Part shown: piece after piece, positions 11,720-29,047 of the stretch
How positions within the stretch are numbered: position 1 is the stretch's first letter
Layout of the letters: each line of letters starts with the position of its first letter
Assembly (NCBI GenBank): GCA_964016885.1
Contig: OZ024740.1
Coordinates: 321,160,001 to 321,224,000, forward strand
From: Eledone cirrhosa
Taxonomy: Eukaryota
Direction: 5' to 3'
DNA length: 64,000 nucleotides
The notes under the pieces: model-generated
Seen by the model: only the letters and a program-made list of their open reading frames with translations
Told to the model about the DNA's origin: nothing
Database searches by the model: none
Translations under genes and position numbers: made by a program

Positions 11720-13760
11720 TCTTATATGTATGTATATATATTTCAATGCAGAAGTAAATGATAAAGTAGAAAATCAAACTTTCCAGTTGTTGTCTTCCTG
11801 TTTCTTCTACAACAACTACAATGGTACGCGATGGGGCCCACCCACAGCCCCGGCGGACAGAATGGAGAAGGCGTTTCCCCGGAGGACGGCAAGGGAGACA
11901 CGCTGGAAAAGCCACTCCAACTTGCAGGGCTCACACCTGCGGCTAGCCATCTCAGCCCCTATGGTGGTGAATAAGGAGGTAGCCCTGACCGAGGACATCA
12001 GAAGTTTCCACTGCCAGGGGTACAACTGCAAACTTGTTGGAGAGCGACCAGTATTTGAGGAGTTTGACCCCCTCAGCCCGACGTGCAGCAGAACCTGGGT
12101 CAGTCGCAGACTGCACCAGGTTGCGGCTGCAGAAAGTGTCGGTGCAAGTGGAATCCCAGACGAGGGGTTTGCCACCGTGGAATGGGAAGATGGTCATGCC
12201 ATCTGGCCTTTTGCCATCCCCTTGATCCAGCCCCACCGGCTCGAGCTGGGAAGGGAAGCCTGCAGCATCCAAGCCATGCTTAATGACCTTATTGAGGGCA
12301 GTATGGCGTGGAATGCAGCTGGCACTGTCGCGACAGGAAAGCGGGTGGAGGCCGAAAGAGTCCACGGTGGAACCGCAGCGACATTGGTGTGGCTGGCAGA
12401 TCCGGAGGCCGAGCCTCAGGCAAATGCCGATGCACAGGCTATGGTTGTCTAGCTGCGTGCCAGCGGAGAAGGAGGGCAGGGCATGGAGCCAGGCACCACT
12501 GTGGGGTTTGGAGCCCGCACGAAAACAAGCAAGGCGGTGCTGGTCGAGCTGCCGGGTCGAGCTGCCGCGTGAGCCTGTCTGAGGCCAGGCTGCACTGGAT
12601 GGCATCCCCTGTGCGTTGGGGGGACTTGACGTCAACAGAGGGAGAAGGAGGAGGGATGTCTACTGGGCTAAATCCCAGCTGGTCCTACATCTCACAGGCG
12701 GCCTCACGTTCTCTGAACACAGAGGGTTCTGTTGTGTTTTGAAGAACCCTGCTGACAAGGACGCGGCATGAGGTTACTGACAAAGCTAGTGAGATCAGGG
12801 ACCGGAGGCCAAGGCCGCCATACCTGACAGGTAAAGTGGCCTGTTGTCACCCTATGTGGAGGATAGGGGGTACCTGAGGGTGGGGTGTGTGGCGTCCCTG
12901 GGCACGCTTGAATGGGCGCTTGCCCAAAGGATGAGACATTGGCCTTGACGAAGGCCGTTTTGGACCGGCCGCCCCGGTCAGCGCCAGAGCTGGGGAGGCC
13001 GAGGGTGAGTGGGGCGAAATAGAATAGCCGCTCCCAGTCACTGGCTCGATTGGAGTCCAGGGCGCTCTCAATCGAGGAAGCAAGGGTATCGGCTACCGGC
13101 ACCCGTGCCGCTCTCGATATCCTGAGTGGAATATTCCGGAGCTGCCTGAGCCGAGCAATGTTGACCAGCGAGGCTTAGGCGCCAGGCAAGCTCGCTGTCC
13201 CAGCTGGTGGTGTGCCAGACAGCCATGGCTGGGAAGACGTGGGGAAGAGGCAGCTCCTGCACTTCCATGCTGCAAGGGCATTAGAAGCTCGGTGAGTCAA
13301 GCCAACGCAGGTGAGGTGGTGGAAGCAGCCACACTCCAAACAGTTCCGGCCCCTCTTCCGTTTGTTAGTGGTGCTGCAAGTGCTGCAGGTGTCGGCTTGG
13401 AGGGATGGGGGATGGGGCGTGGGGCCGGGGACTGGGCACCGAGCGGCATCAGGGGTGGGTGGCTGGCGTGTGTGGGTGGAAGGGAAAGTGCTGGTAAGAG
13501 GGCCTCATAGCTCACCTATATATATATAGAGGTGTGAGAAAAGAAGGGGCTGCATGGAGGGGGACACACAGGAAGGTAGAATGTTAGTAAATTAATGAGT
13601 GAATGGATGCATGTACAAACAGGGGGGGGGAAACAGGGGGTTGTTCCCAGCTGAAAGACCCAGAGTTCAGCATGCACACATGCGAGCAACTTAGCAGTTT
13701 GTCATAGGACCTTGTGGTTGGAGGTGAGTCACTGATGCTGGGGTTGGCTTCCTCTTGTTA
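11720..13760 (-). mobile_element. CRE-clade non-LTR retrotransposon relic, RT domain deleted
   Basis: SGAWLHALP...CRCGSTVDSFGLHPLSC..RH...RPDG...WD...AE..K..KY (Zn knuckle plus PD-(D/E)xK endonuclease), C-terminal QRVSLAVLRGNA, and an N-terminal VADTLASSIESAL..W..L segment; 5' boundary uncertain. Confidence 0.88.
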
Positions 13761-14079
13761 ATGGTAGAGTTGTTGTTATTGATGTCACTGTTGTCGTCGT
13801 TGCCTTCCTCTTGTTAATGGTGAAGATTGCTGGTGAGATGTTGATGTATACACATGTGTGTTGTTGTAATATTAGTGTTGTAGAAGTTAGTTGACTTGTG
13901 ACATCAGTGATGTTGTGTGTTGTGTTGCTGGCTGGAGGAAGGGGAAGCCTCTTATTAACAACCACCTCCTCACTACTATATCACATCTTTGTCCAAACAC
14001 AATGCTATCTTCACTGTTTATATTTTGTCTTTTCTTAATTTTGGGGAACAATTTTTTACTTAGGAGCTTGGACTAGGCT

Positions 14080-14290
14080 ATCAAAAGATCAACTTGTGGT
14101 GTGAGTAAGTTATACCTAGAAGGAAAGTTAGCCAGTAAGAGAAGCCAGGGTTGACAACCAAAACTCTGGCTTGATAATGTCAACTTATGGACTTGGACTT
14201 GACCTTTGCTCTTTAAACTCTGCTGTTGGTGATCAAACTTTGTGGAGAAGAATGTCTCATGTTGATGCACAGCATGTAACTGACAGAGTG
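14080..14290 (+). mobile_element. RTE-like LINE 3' fragment
   Basis: LYLEGKLASKRSQG*QPKLWLDNV...AVGDQTLWRR resembles the RTE C-terminus EGKxxGKRxRGRPxxxWLDN. Confidence 0.55.
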
Positions 14291-14507
14291 AGCATCTAGG
14301 AAGGACCTAAGATGGGGGAGAAACAAAGGGTCTAATCAGTGGTGGGTTCAGCAACAATCAGAAACTCAAAAATTAAGAAAAACAAAACCTTAAATGGGTG
14401 AATTATTAATATTTTTCAGACTTACAATATGGTAGAACTACGAAATAGACAGTCCAGAAACATAACAACTTTACTACCAGTAATAACAATAATAATAGTA
14501 ATAACAA

Positions 14508-15273
14508 TGTCCCATATCACTAAGTGTACACTTATCTCTGTCTATATGTCCCATATCACTAAGTGTACACTTACCTCTGTTTATGGTCCATATCACTAAG
14601 TGTACACTTACCTCCATCTATGTCCCATATCACTAAGTGTACACTTATCCCTGTCTATATGTCTCATATCACTAAGCTAAGTGTACACTTATCTCTGTCT
14701 ATATGTCCCATATCATTAAGTGTGCACTTACCTGTCTATGGTCCATATCACTAAGTGTACACTTACCTCCATCTACACGTATGTCCCATATCACTAAGTG
14801 TACATTTACCTCTGTCTATGGCCCATATCACTAAGTGTACACTTACCTCCATCTATGTCCCATATCACTAAGTGTTCACTTATCTCTGTCTATATGTCCC
14901 ATATCACTAAGCTAAGTGTACACTTATCTCTGTCTATATGTCCCATATCACTAAGTGTACACTTATCTATGTCTATATGGCCCATATCACTAAGTGTTCA
15001 CTTATCTCTGTCTATATGTCCCATGTCACTAAGTGTACACTGATCTATGTCTATATGTCCCATATTACTAAGTGTAAGCTTATCTCCGTCTATATGTTTC
15101 ATGTCACTAAGTGTAAGCTTATCTCTGTCTATGTCCCATATCACTCAATATACTCTTATCTATATCTATGACCCATGTCACTAAGTGTACACTGATCTAT
15201 GTCTATATGTCCCATATCAGTAAGTATACATTTATCTATATCTATGTCCCATATCTCTAAGTGTACACTTATC
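14508..15273. repeat. ~37-39-bp minisatellite
   Basis: Recurrent tgtcccatatcactaagtgtacacttatctctgtctata. Confidence 0.92.
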
Positions 15274-15849
15274 GATTAATTAGCAACTACAAGCTATCTC
15301 CATACTTTTTGACTTCCACTTCTACCAAATATTAACACCTGTCACTTTGCTATCTATTATATCATGAAAGGTTATATAATTATCGATCTTAGTTTTATGT
15401 ATCGATGACAATTGAAGTTTACCATCATTCAGACAAACTAAATAAACTATTGAACATTTGTCTTACTCATAAATGTTCTCCTAATAAATCAATTTTATCA
15501 AGAGAGATTTCATCTTCTACTACAAATAATATCATTTTACACCATATTATTTCGGAGCTCTTGTATTTCATTTGGTTTCTAGGAAACTTTTTAGAAGTGA
15601 ATAGAAATCAATGTGTTTAAAAGTCGGTAACAATGTACATCTATATCTTTTTTATTTGAACTAAAGGGCGTTCATTTCGTTTAATATGTCGATATTTTGG
15701 GCTAAAATGTCCAGTCAAGATAAAACAGGAATTAAAGAGCAGAGAATACAATTATTTAATTTTACAAGCCATAATAATATCGAAACGACACGGAATATAA
15801 TTTGGGACGGATTAGATAATTAATTTGTGTCGATATAATGCTATTACTA

Positions 15850-16110
15850 GGCGGCGCATTAGCAGTCGTTAGATTCTAACTATACTGGTACTTTTTTAAC
15901 AACCTTAAATGGACTCAGAGAGTAAATAGCCGAAACGAATACCACAAAGCAGTCTATCCGACGTTCTAACGGTCAGAACGTCGGATAGACTGATTTGTGG
16001 TATTTGTTTCGGCTATCTGCTCTCAGAGTTCAAATCCTGTCAAGGTTAACTTTGCCTTTCATCCATTTAAGGTCGATAAAAAAGTACCAGTCTAGTATTG
16101 GGTCGATTCT
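15850..16110 (+). mobile_element. tRNA-derived SINE with an inverted 5' duplication
   Basis: SINE core at 16025-16095; hairpin 15926-16015 (tagccgaaac...ccgacgttct / agaacgtcgg...gtttcggcta). Confidence 0.7.
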
Positions 16111-17029
16111 TCCTCTATACCTCTTTCTAACTTCCACTCTTTCACTCTCTATCCTTCTTTGGAAGAAATCTGCTGTATTTAGACCAGGAGAGGCGATGGG
16201 CTCCGTCAGGTTAAAAAAAAAAAGCACTAGAAACGTTGTATGTCAATACGGCGTCTGTACGATTCCCTGGGAGTTACTTGTCTATGCATCAATGCTATTA
16301 CTGATAAGCCCGAGAGATACGTACTCCGGTAGAAGTCTTACTTCACCTAAGTTCTTTCTCCTCTGTCAATGCTAGATACCTTTATCAACCGACAAATATG
16401 AATTTTTAATGAAATACTGGCACTACGAGGTAAAAAATTCGACACTATAGGCTCAAAGCTTATTTCTTCTCTATCTTTTTTTAAATTTATTTTCCTGTTT
16501 TCCTCTAGGGGCCTATGAGTTCGAAATACAGGGATGTTGTCCGAAATACATGATGTCACCTATTACACTTTAAAACGGAAAAATTACATTGCTGCCAACT
16601 TCTAAATTCACTAATTTATGCACATGCATACATACACAAACACATACACACACACAAATACACACGTACCTACATACACACACATAAATTGTTAATAGAA
16701 GAGTAAAAATATGAACATCTACCGATTAATTTGTAAAATACGAAAAGATGGCTTTTAGACAAAGATTAGCCCCAAATTATCTCTATTATACAAACCCTAA
16801 TAGAATATACATTATTCTGGATTTTCTGCTCACTTTAGCAAAAAATTAAGCATTCTTCAGATATTTTACGCGACCAAAATAAATTCGGAAGGATTTTGTA
16901 AACTCCTTCGCAAATGCTTATTTTTTTTGTTAAATTGAACAGAAAACGTAGAGTAACATGCACACTCAATTTTATTTTATTTACTTTACTATGCATTTCA
17001 CTCACGATTGTATTGAGTTCTCTATTTTA

Positions 17030-17485
17030 ATGAATGATTAGAAATTTGTTAGGATTTGCTAGAAAGACACGAAATTCAGCTAAATTTCTTGGATAAAATT
17101 ACCACAAAAGATGAATAACGAGTGTTCGAGTACGACCCAGAGATAAAACATCAAAGTAAGGAATGGCACTTAAAAAATTCTCCTAATCTGAAGAAAGCAC
17201 GCATGAGCAAATCCAGGGTGTAAACGAAGATTATCATTTTTTCGACATTCACAAAGAATTTTTATCTCCAGGGCAGACAGTTAATCACACCGTCTACAAA
17301 GATGTTTTGGGACGACTTCGAAAATGGGTCCAGCGAGTCCGAAAGGGCATTTCAAGAGATTGGGTACTGCGTCACGATAATGTGCCTGCTCGCACAGTAC
17401 TTTCAATTAGCAAATTCTCGTTCTTCCACATCCTCCACACAAACCAGATCTAGCTCAATAGGATTTCTACTTCTTCCCATATTTG
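17030..17485 (+). pseudogene. Mariner transposase (DD34D) relic
   Basis: FEYDPEIKHQSKEW...SP..KKARMSKS...PGQTVN...WVLRHDNVPA...HPPHKPDLA.DFYFFP with stops and frameshifts. Confidence 0.85.
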
Positions 17486-17799
17486 AACTATTTTATTACA
17501 ATTGTATAAATTTTACAGTAGAATAACGTTGCAAATATGTTTTAAATATATACATAAATAACATTACAAATGCGTAAATAACATTATAAATTGCTCGCAA
17601 TTCGTTCAGAAGGACAAATATAATGTCTAAACCGTGTATAACAACTCAATAATAAAAATTCATTGAACAAAAATGATTAAGGAAAGAAAAAAGAAGAGAT
17701 ATAATAATATAATGCTTACAGAACGAAATCACAAACAAATATGATATAAAGGAAAGGGAAAGGGAAAACAGAAAAAAAAGAAAGAGCCCCCCCCCCCCC

Positions 17800-19655
17800 C
17801 CCCCCCGCCATCTGGGATCATATACAGCAAAAGACAGGCAAAAGGGGCGGACAACCGAGCCGCTACCAGAGTAAAAGATAACAGTATCACGAGGAGTACT
17901 GGGAAACCTCTAATGATTTTTGAGACAAGCCAAGGTTTAGCTCCGTGTGCCGCGCGGAGCAATCGACATTCAGGCGGCAAGAAAGACCGTGGAGGCCTGT
18001 GGAGTCAAGGAGTTTGTCACATCGACACCTCAAACCCGTACAGACGTCAGCTCCCACTCTGAGGGCGATGGAGACACGAAGTTAATCCAAGCTGAGTAGG
18101 CCACCAACGTTAGGCATGGGTAGGGTATCAACCCAGTCATCTGAGTATTTGGCGTTGACAGACAGTAGGCGGCACCTTGAAAACTGATCCGACTGGACGA
18201 AGAGGGAGTCGAAGGTAGCCATCGAACCTATGCTGTCCCAAGCTCTCTGATTTCGACTGTCTTCCACCTTCTCAGAACAGATGGATAAGCCCAGCTCACT
18301 CGATTGCTGGAGAGCTTCATCCAACACCCTGTTGGAACTAGTCCATGTTGGAGAGTAGAGGATGTTGCTCACCAGGGTGGAGAAAAGGAAGCAGAAGAAA
18401 GAGAGATGGACGAACATTTACGAAGACCAAGACCCCCAAATCGCTTGGCAACGCAGTCTGATCGCGGGTCTCTGGTGTGAGCCTGACATTGACCAAGCAC
18501 TCGAGTCTTTCGAATATTAGGTCATCGAAGCGTTGGAGGCATGACAGAAATCTGTGAGGAGGGCTGACCCTGAGCATATATAGAAGCCTAGGAATCGAAA
18601 GTTAGTTTCTGAGTATGATTGCTTCAATATTCTTCAGCAACTGCTCAAGGCAAACCACCTTCGATTGGAAGATTGACTCGAAGGCAAGTCTGTAATTGGG
18701 GTTCCTAAGGAGCACCAAACCGACGGGGGAGGGATCGCAATGGAAGAGAAGGACTCTGTAAACAGGTCAATTGTCTGTTGATGTTGAGAAGCCGGGTGGT
18801 TGAGGATCCAGAGCTCACATTTGGATCTATTGACCTGGAGACCCCAACGGCCAAGCTCCTCAACCATTTTGTTAGCAGTGGCGAGAACCTTATCCAGAGG
18901 GCCCCCTAAACAAGCGTCCTCAAGATACCAGGCGTTGAGGTCCAACTCAACCCCCATGTTGGTAATGTCATCAATGCCCAATGCAAACAGAGCGGGCCCG
19001 AGTGGGTCGCCCTGTTGTACTCCTGAGGCAGAGGTGATGATTTGGTCACCAAAAGAGAGGTAGGAGGGATCCCGATAAGCCTGCCAAGCAAAGTGGTAGA
19101 GTTGTGGGACCCTCTCTCTTACTGAGCTGAGGACGGCATCGCGGCTGACAAAGTTGAAGGCATTCTTGAGATCAAGTTTGAGGATGACCCTGGGTCACAT
19201 GGACAGCAAGTTAGTAAAGGCTCACATCCCAACTTGAGTGAGCCAGAGACCGATAGCAAACATACCTTTGCAGTGAGACAGCGAAGGGTGCAACCAACCG
19301 CAATGGGGCGCAGGTCTCCGTTGGGTGTAGTGAGACCGAATAATTTCGCACCAAAGAACTGTGGGCGGATATAAGGGAGAACGTTCACTGAAGAGAACTG
19401 ATTCACAAACTGAGTCGGACTGTCGAAGAGATCGAGTCCAGCGCCACCGACCGATAAGGAGATACCATCCTTGAGGTGTTGAGTTCGAAGACCGTCAATC
19501 CCTGCGCCTGAACCAGCGGGGAAGGATGAAATCGCCTTTATGATGCTATCAGTGGTGTAGACCGGTCTCGAGTATTCTGGTGGTTCGGGCCAGTGTAACT
19601 GATCATCTGTGGGTGCCGATGGGTGCTTCTCTTTCAGTCACTCAAGAGAATCCCC
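17800..19655 (-). mobile_element. Second, divergent CRE-clade retrotransposon relic with RT
   Basis: GSGAGIDGLRTQHL, LRPIAVGCTLR, DLKNAFN, GVQQGDPLGPALF, WYLED (YxDD-like), then CRCDKLLDSTGLHGLSC..RH; many frameshifts. Confidence 0.9.
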
Positions 19656-20600
19656 TAAGTTGAAATCGAAATTAAAGGGTCATCATTTTGGGACTGTGGG
19701 AAACATACAAAAAAAATTGTAACCGACGAGATAAGGACACTCACAATGACTTCCGGTACTGCTATGATCAATGGGAAAACGTTGGAACCACTGTGTGACT
19801 TCCCAAGGGTCGTATTTTGAAGGAGATAACTTGTAATTTCATGTAGGTCTAATATACATTTAAATAAAACACCAGTACCCTTACTTTTGGGATAAACCTC
19901 GTATATCCTTCTTCCCGTCTCTTTTCTTCCCTTTTTCTCTCTTCCTACAGTCTTTCTATTGCTGCCGTCCACACTAATCAAATCCAATGCAGACCTATCA
20001 ACTCTCCCTGTTCGACGGGGAGATATCCCACTTTGGGGTGGCTGAGAGATATCTTCTTTTGTGGATATCTTCTTTTGTGAAAATGGGTATAGCTTTCATT
20101 ATGTAAAATCTTCCCATTTTGCCCCATTTCTCCCCGTTTTGGGGCATTTTTTCTCATGGTACTCCCCGTTTGGGGTTTTAGAGATTGGCAGGCCTGCCAA
20201 TAGATACTATGATACCACAATTGAATATGAGCTGACAGCGCCTTAAGTATATGTATAACGCTGACCATAGATATCTAGATAGAATCCACAAGACAAATGA
20301 GCTATCGATTCCAGAGTGTGCACGATCAATACTGATCGCACCTTGAACTGATCGATCTTTCTAGTACACCAAGAGCCACAAAAAAGAGCACCCTTTATAC
20401 GAAGTTCTAACCTCTATAATATCTGTCAGGAAACCAAGAAACCTTTTAGGTAGACACCCCGCTATATCTTTCCTGCCCACATAGATTTCGCAATTAATAA
20501 GTACGAACAAGTCCCTTCTGTTTTGCACAAGTCTAAGTAAGAAATAGCACCCCGCCCTTATCTAACTTGCAATAAAACCCGCCAAGTTCTCTCCCATTCC

Positions 20601-20707
20601 ATAAGAGCTCTCGCGTTTCAACAGCTAGTTCCAGACTCTGTAACTAGTTGTTGAAACGGCAAGAGCTCATGCTCCCAACTCTTTATAATATAGCCTACCA
20701 CAAATAG

Positions 20708-20708
<1 letters not shown>
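20601..20708 (+). mobile_element. Short fold-back element related to family A
   Basis: gagctc...cgtttcaacagctagtt / aactagttgttgaaacg...gagctc hairpin plus tail abutting the TA array. Confidence 0.5.
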
Positions 20709-24289
<3,581 letters not shown>

Positions 24290-24293
<4 letters not shown>

Positions 24294-24470
24294 AGAGTCA
24301 GGACCCCAACGGATGAACTCCGGTCGTTTCGACAGCTAGATCCGAACTAGCTGTCGAAACGACCGGAGCTCAGCCGTCAGGGTCCTGACTCTTTTCATAT
24401 TACCCACTCTACTACCTTAAGTATTGAGTACGTTATGGTCCACCTAGTATCTTACCACACCCTCTTTCAT
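24290..24470 (+). mobile_element. Fold-back element family A
   Basis: Arms gaaaagagtcaggaccc...cgtttcgacagctag / ctagctgtcgaaacg...gggtcctgactcttttc; tail is the reverse complement of the tails at 33133 and 46729. Confidence 0.75.
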
Positions 24471-25394
24471 ATATATATCAAATTAAAATGTCAAATTTAT
24501 AATCGAATAAGCTCAAGGAAGCAATTCTGAATTCTTTATGACACAGTATATATATATATATATATAGAATATCTTATACATATCGCTGATTGATGATCAT
24601 CTCAATCTATTGAAGGGGTCTGACTTATTTATTTTTCAATTCACAGAATGTTTTTGCGATCTGGGGTTTTGGTCAGGCTCCTTATGTATAAGTTGCTTGA
24701 GGTTGTATATATCCCTAGGGAAAGATATTTTATCGACTCTGAATAAGATATCTTAACGATCTCATTTCATTGAGATGTTATGTATATCTGTGATAAATTT
24801 TAATTATGTATTATTATATATACTAGCAGAAAAACCACCCGAAGGGTGGTTTTCTGCTAGCAAGTGTAGTGTGTATATTGATATTATACGCAAGTATATA
24901 TGCATGTAGATATGATCAAATAAAATCATAATTGACAATATACACAGAAATTGAACGAAGACTGTGTTACACTGTCTTATGTAATCAGTAACGTAATCCA
25001 TGACACATTAAAGTAAGACGATATTATATATAAACTGCATTAGGAGAAAATTAGTGACAGAAATATATGAATATTTAAACGATCGCTAACCGGAGGTGTT
25101 GACATTTGAACATTTTAAAGAAGTGAATCTTTAAATAAGTAATAAAATATATTTACATACTTTACAAATTATTCCCTGTGATTGTTCCATATGTTTATTT
25201 TATATATATATATATGTCAATCTATTTCTAGTTGATATGAAATGCTCGGATCTATTCATTGGAATCTTTGAGCTTATTCTGCAGTGGATATGGCGCATGT
25301 CTCTCAGACATGACAACCCTTAATTTAATTTTGGATATATATATATATATATATAATTAATTAATTAATTAATTATCATCATCACTATCCAGTT

Positions 25395-25752
25395 GTACAG
25401 AAGACCCGACTGCCATTGCATACAAACCTACAGTCATTAGGAACCTCTTAACCCAATGTACACCCCACCCCACACACCATACCCCATCCTCCCTTTCCCG
25501 TTCCGTCCACTGTGTCGATGACACAACAGTCCACACTGTAAGGTGGTCGTGTAGGTGACACGGTAAAAAAGTTCCCACCCCACACTGTAAATGTGGTTGG
25601 TGTTAGGAAGGGCATCCAACTGTAAACAACCTGCCAGGGACACTTCCGTACGAGCGAGACACGATCTCCCGACCACTCCCGCATCAAATGGAACAAAACC
25701 GTCTAACCCATGTTAGCGTGGAAGATGGTCGTTAAACGATGATGATGATGAT
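25395..25752 (+). mobile_element. SINE with aggaagggcatcc core and (GAT)n tail
   Basis: Reverse-complement match to 45622-45812; related tails near 745-790 and 8020-8088. Confidence 0.75.
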
Positions 25753-27447
25753 ATGATCATCATCATCATCATCATCAGTTTACGATCAAACATTCCATTT
25801 TGGGTACATGATTTCTACTGTTGGATATCCTTTCTATTGTCAACCACTTTATAGTGAGCACTGGGTGCATTTTATTGTGGCACCACCACGAGAGAAGTTC
25901 TTATATCCCTCTCTACTTTGTTATCAGCCAACCTCTTTACAGAGTGTACTGGGTGTATGTTATTGTGGCATTAATATTAGAAGGTCTGTCTTGTCCTTTC
26001 TTTTCATTCTATGCAGACTCCATTCTTTTAAGACAAAATGATTGAGGGCTTGAATAGAAGAGAAGTTATGACAAAGATGGTGGAAAAGGAGAGTGTACAA
26101 ATATGGAAAAACAGTGCGATAGGATCCTATTGGAGGCGAGACTGGCAGCTATCTGTTGGGTGATGGTAATTGGTAGGAGGTTGAATAGATAGCAACATTA
26201 TCAGTGTGGTGAGATAGCAATATAGATGAATCATGGTAAAGAAGAGTGTCTGGTTGATGACAATTGGGGTGGATGGTAACGAGGGTGACAGATATCAACA
26301 AAATGTCACACAAAGGAAGGGAATTTGAGGGTAATAGGTAATAGGGTGGCGGAAACCGGGATAAGCACCAGACTTATCAGCCTCCGGGTTCGAGACAGTC
26401 TTTAGAATAGGTAAGAGGTGCAAGGAGAACTATGGTTATCAGTAGGGGGTAATGGTCAGGGGTACTGAGTATGAACAGATCAGATACCTTCCTTTATTAA
26501 ATAACCGTCGTTATGGGACATCCGAATATAATGTCTGGTTCCGAAACAATAAAGGATGGAAGAAATGCTATTCCATTTTGTATGTTTACACACACACACA
26601 CACACACACCGACATACAAGCATACAAGCACACACACACATACATATAGAAAACAGTTTTTTTGGTGTTAAATATGTTATATTAAAGACAAAAGTGTGTT
26701 TGAGCCGCATGATGTCTGTACATGACTACACAAACATGAATATATATTCCACAAACGCACGTACCTTTATACATATATTCACACATTCACACACAAAGTA
26801 ATATATATATATATACATATTCATTCATAAAAATGTAGAAATCTCAGACACAGAATATAATTGTAAGCATAGTTGGTTGCTATATATATAATAGCTTCAA
26901 AAATCGGGTAAAATACCCCTATAGTCAGAAAAAAAGTGACCATCACTCTCTACGAGGAATCGAACCTCATATCTTTCAGATACTGGCTGACTGCTCTAAC
27001 CATTGGAATAGAAATACATATACATATATACATATATAATATCGTAAGAAATATTGAAATCAATACAGGTGTCTACATTATTGTGTTAATACACTTAATA
27101 AGACAATATATTTCTGTGTGAAGGTGCATGGCTTAGTGATTAGGGTGTTCAACTCACGATCGTAAGTCTATATTGATCTACCTGTAAATAAATAAATATA
27201 TACATGCATATATTTATATATATAATATTTTTGTGGCTTAAGCCCCTCCAATAATTTGTTTCAATATACTTGTGCTTTGATTTTTACAACAGTGATTTTC
27301 TATTGACTATTTTATTCTATGTTAGCATGATCATGTTTTTAATTTCTTTCTTTGTCTCGTATTAGTGATAAAAAAGCGTGAGCTAATAATTGTTTGTACA
27401 GTATATATGCATAAGCGCCATCCCTAATCCCAAAACTGTAACGGACG

Positions 27448-27529
<82 letters not shown>

Positions 27530-27656
27530 AAAGTTCTATTTAAATTGTTGGGATACAACAAGCAAATATTATTATAACTGATATAAAGCACTCGACAAAT
27601 ATTTGGAGTAGATATACGATATTAATAAATGGAAACTATATTTATAAAACCATATT

Positions 27657-27721
27657 TATTTCATTATATATATTTCAAGGATACCAAGTTAAATCATGGT
27701 ATGCCTTCATCAGACAAAATA
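27657..27721 (-). ncRNA. Minimal type I hammerhead ribozyme (left arm)
   Basis: Reverse complement of 28385-28449. Confidence 0.85.
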
Positions 27722-28384
27722 CAATATATAACAGTTTTACAAATAGATATTGATGTACCCTTTCAAAAAGGTGACCGTTGTTTTTGGAGGCCATCCGGAT
27801 AGTGGTTTGTTTACTTTAGTAAGTCATAGTGTTAAGAGTAAGTAAAAAGATGAAGAGAGAGAGAGAGAGAAACGTGGAGAAAAGAAAGGGAAAGATAGAT
27901 AAAGAAAAAGAAGAAAGCAAAAAGAAAAGAGAACAGAGGAAAAATAACGGGGAGATATCAAAACATTAGAAATATTAATATTCGTGAATGGAATATATAT
28001 ATTCCATTCACGAATATTAATATTTCTAATTTTATTCATTTCATCTCAATTGTTAACTCAACTTAATATAACTTAAGGTTTTCGTTCTCTCCCCCTCTCT
28101 CTATCTCTACATATCTCTCTCTTGAGTTCTTTCTCCGTCTAATGTTTTGATATCTCCCCGTTATTTTTCCTCTGTTCTCTTTTCTTTTTGCTTTCTTCTT
28201 TTTCTTTATCTATCTTTCCCTTTCTTTTCTCCACGTTTCTCTCTCTCTCTCTTCATCTTTTTACTTACTCTTAACACTATGACTTACTAAAGTAAACAAA
28301 CCACTATCCGGATGGCCTCCAAAAACAACGGTCACCTTTTTGAAAGGGTACGTCAATATCTATTTGTAAAACTGTTATATATTG

Positions 28385-28449
28385 TATTTTGTCTGATGAA
28401 GGCATACCATGATTTAACTTGGTATCCTTGAAATATATATAATGAAATA
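28385..28449 (+). ncRNA. Minimal type I hammerhead ribozyme (right arm)
   Basis: TATTTTGT-CTGATGA-AGGCATACCA(10 nt)TGGTATCCTT-GAAA-TATATA-TA-ATGAAATA: 8-bp stem I, palindromic stem III, AUA site. Confidence 0.85.
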
Positions 28450-28950
28450 AATATGGTTTTATAAATATAGTTTCCATTTATTAATATTGTATATATATAT
28501 ATATTCAACCCGTATTTTTCTCAACAAGAAGTCTTCCTCTTTTTTTAGAGGTCACGTGTTACAGCAACATTGAACTACTCGATTCAGTAGCTAGCATTCT
28601 GTGCAGATGTGTGCACTTTAAAGACAAAATGTTGAGATTGGTATCCTGCTGAGGACGTGCAGCAGCCCAAATTGCGTAATGTCTGCTGATATTACGCAAT
28701 TATCTACATATAACACTTTTAATAACTGTTATAGACAGAATGCTGCGCAGAAATGAGATTCGTCCAAGAATTTGATACAGAAGTATCATTACCACTGCCA
28801 TCTTACTCATTAATTAACTAAATGTGTACACTCTAATGATAGCCTGCACTTTCTCAGTTGCAAGCTATTATCTCGTTGAAAAAAAAAAATATCACTCTTT
28901 CTGTAAATACCTTATAAGATTATGAGTTACCGTTTTACCTGTAAACACAG

Positions 28951-28990
<40 letters not shown>

Positions 28991-28995
28991 GTATG

Positions 28996-29047
<52 letters not shown>

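Larger units (their letters stand above)
27527..28494 (-). mobile_element. Large fold-back PLE-like element with a hammerhead in each arm
   Basis: Near-identical ~360-bp inverted arms (27612-27970 / 28138-28494), left tail 27527-27611, TA flanks. Confidence 0.8.

Noticed and set aside
11730-12742. Plus-strand 240-aa and 144-aa ORFs
   Set aside because: Antisense shadows of the GC-rich CRE ORF
19655-20268. 110-aa and 96-aa ORFs
   Set aside because: No recognisable motifs; the region includes a probable DNA transposon end near 20196
24822-24860. Short GC hairpin as a terminator or miRNA
   Set aside because: Too short for a pre-miRNA, and intrinsic terminators do not apply to this context; probably a repeat end
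26948-27012. tRNA gene on the minus strand
   Set aside because: It has A/B-box-like motifs but no convincing acceptor stem; more likely a tRNA-derived repeat head
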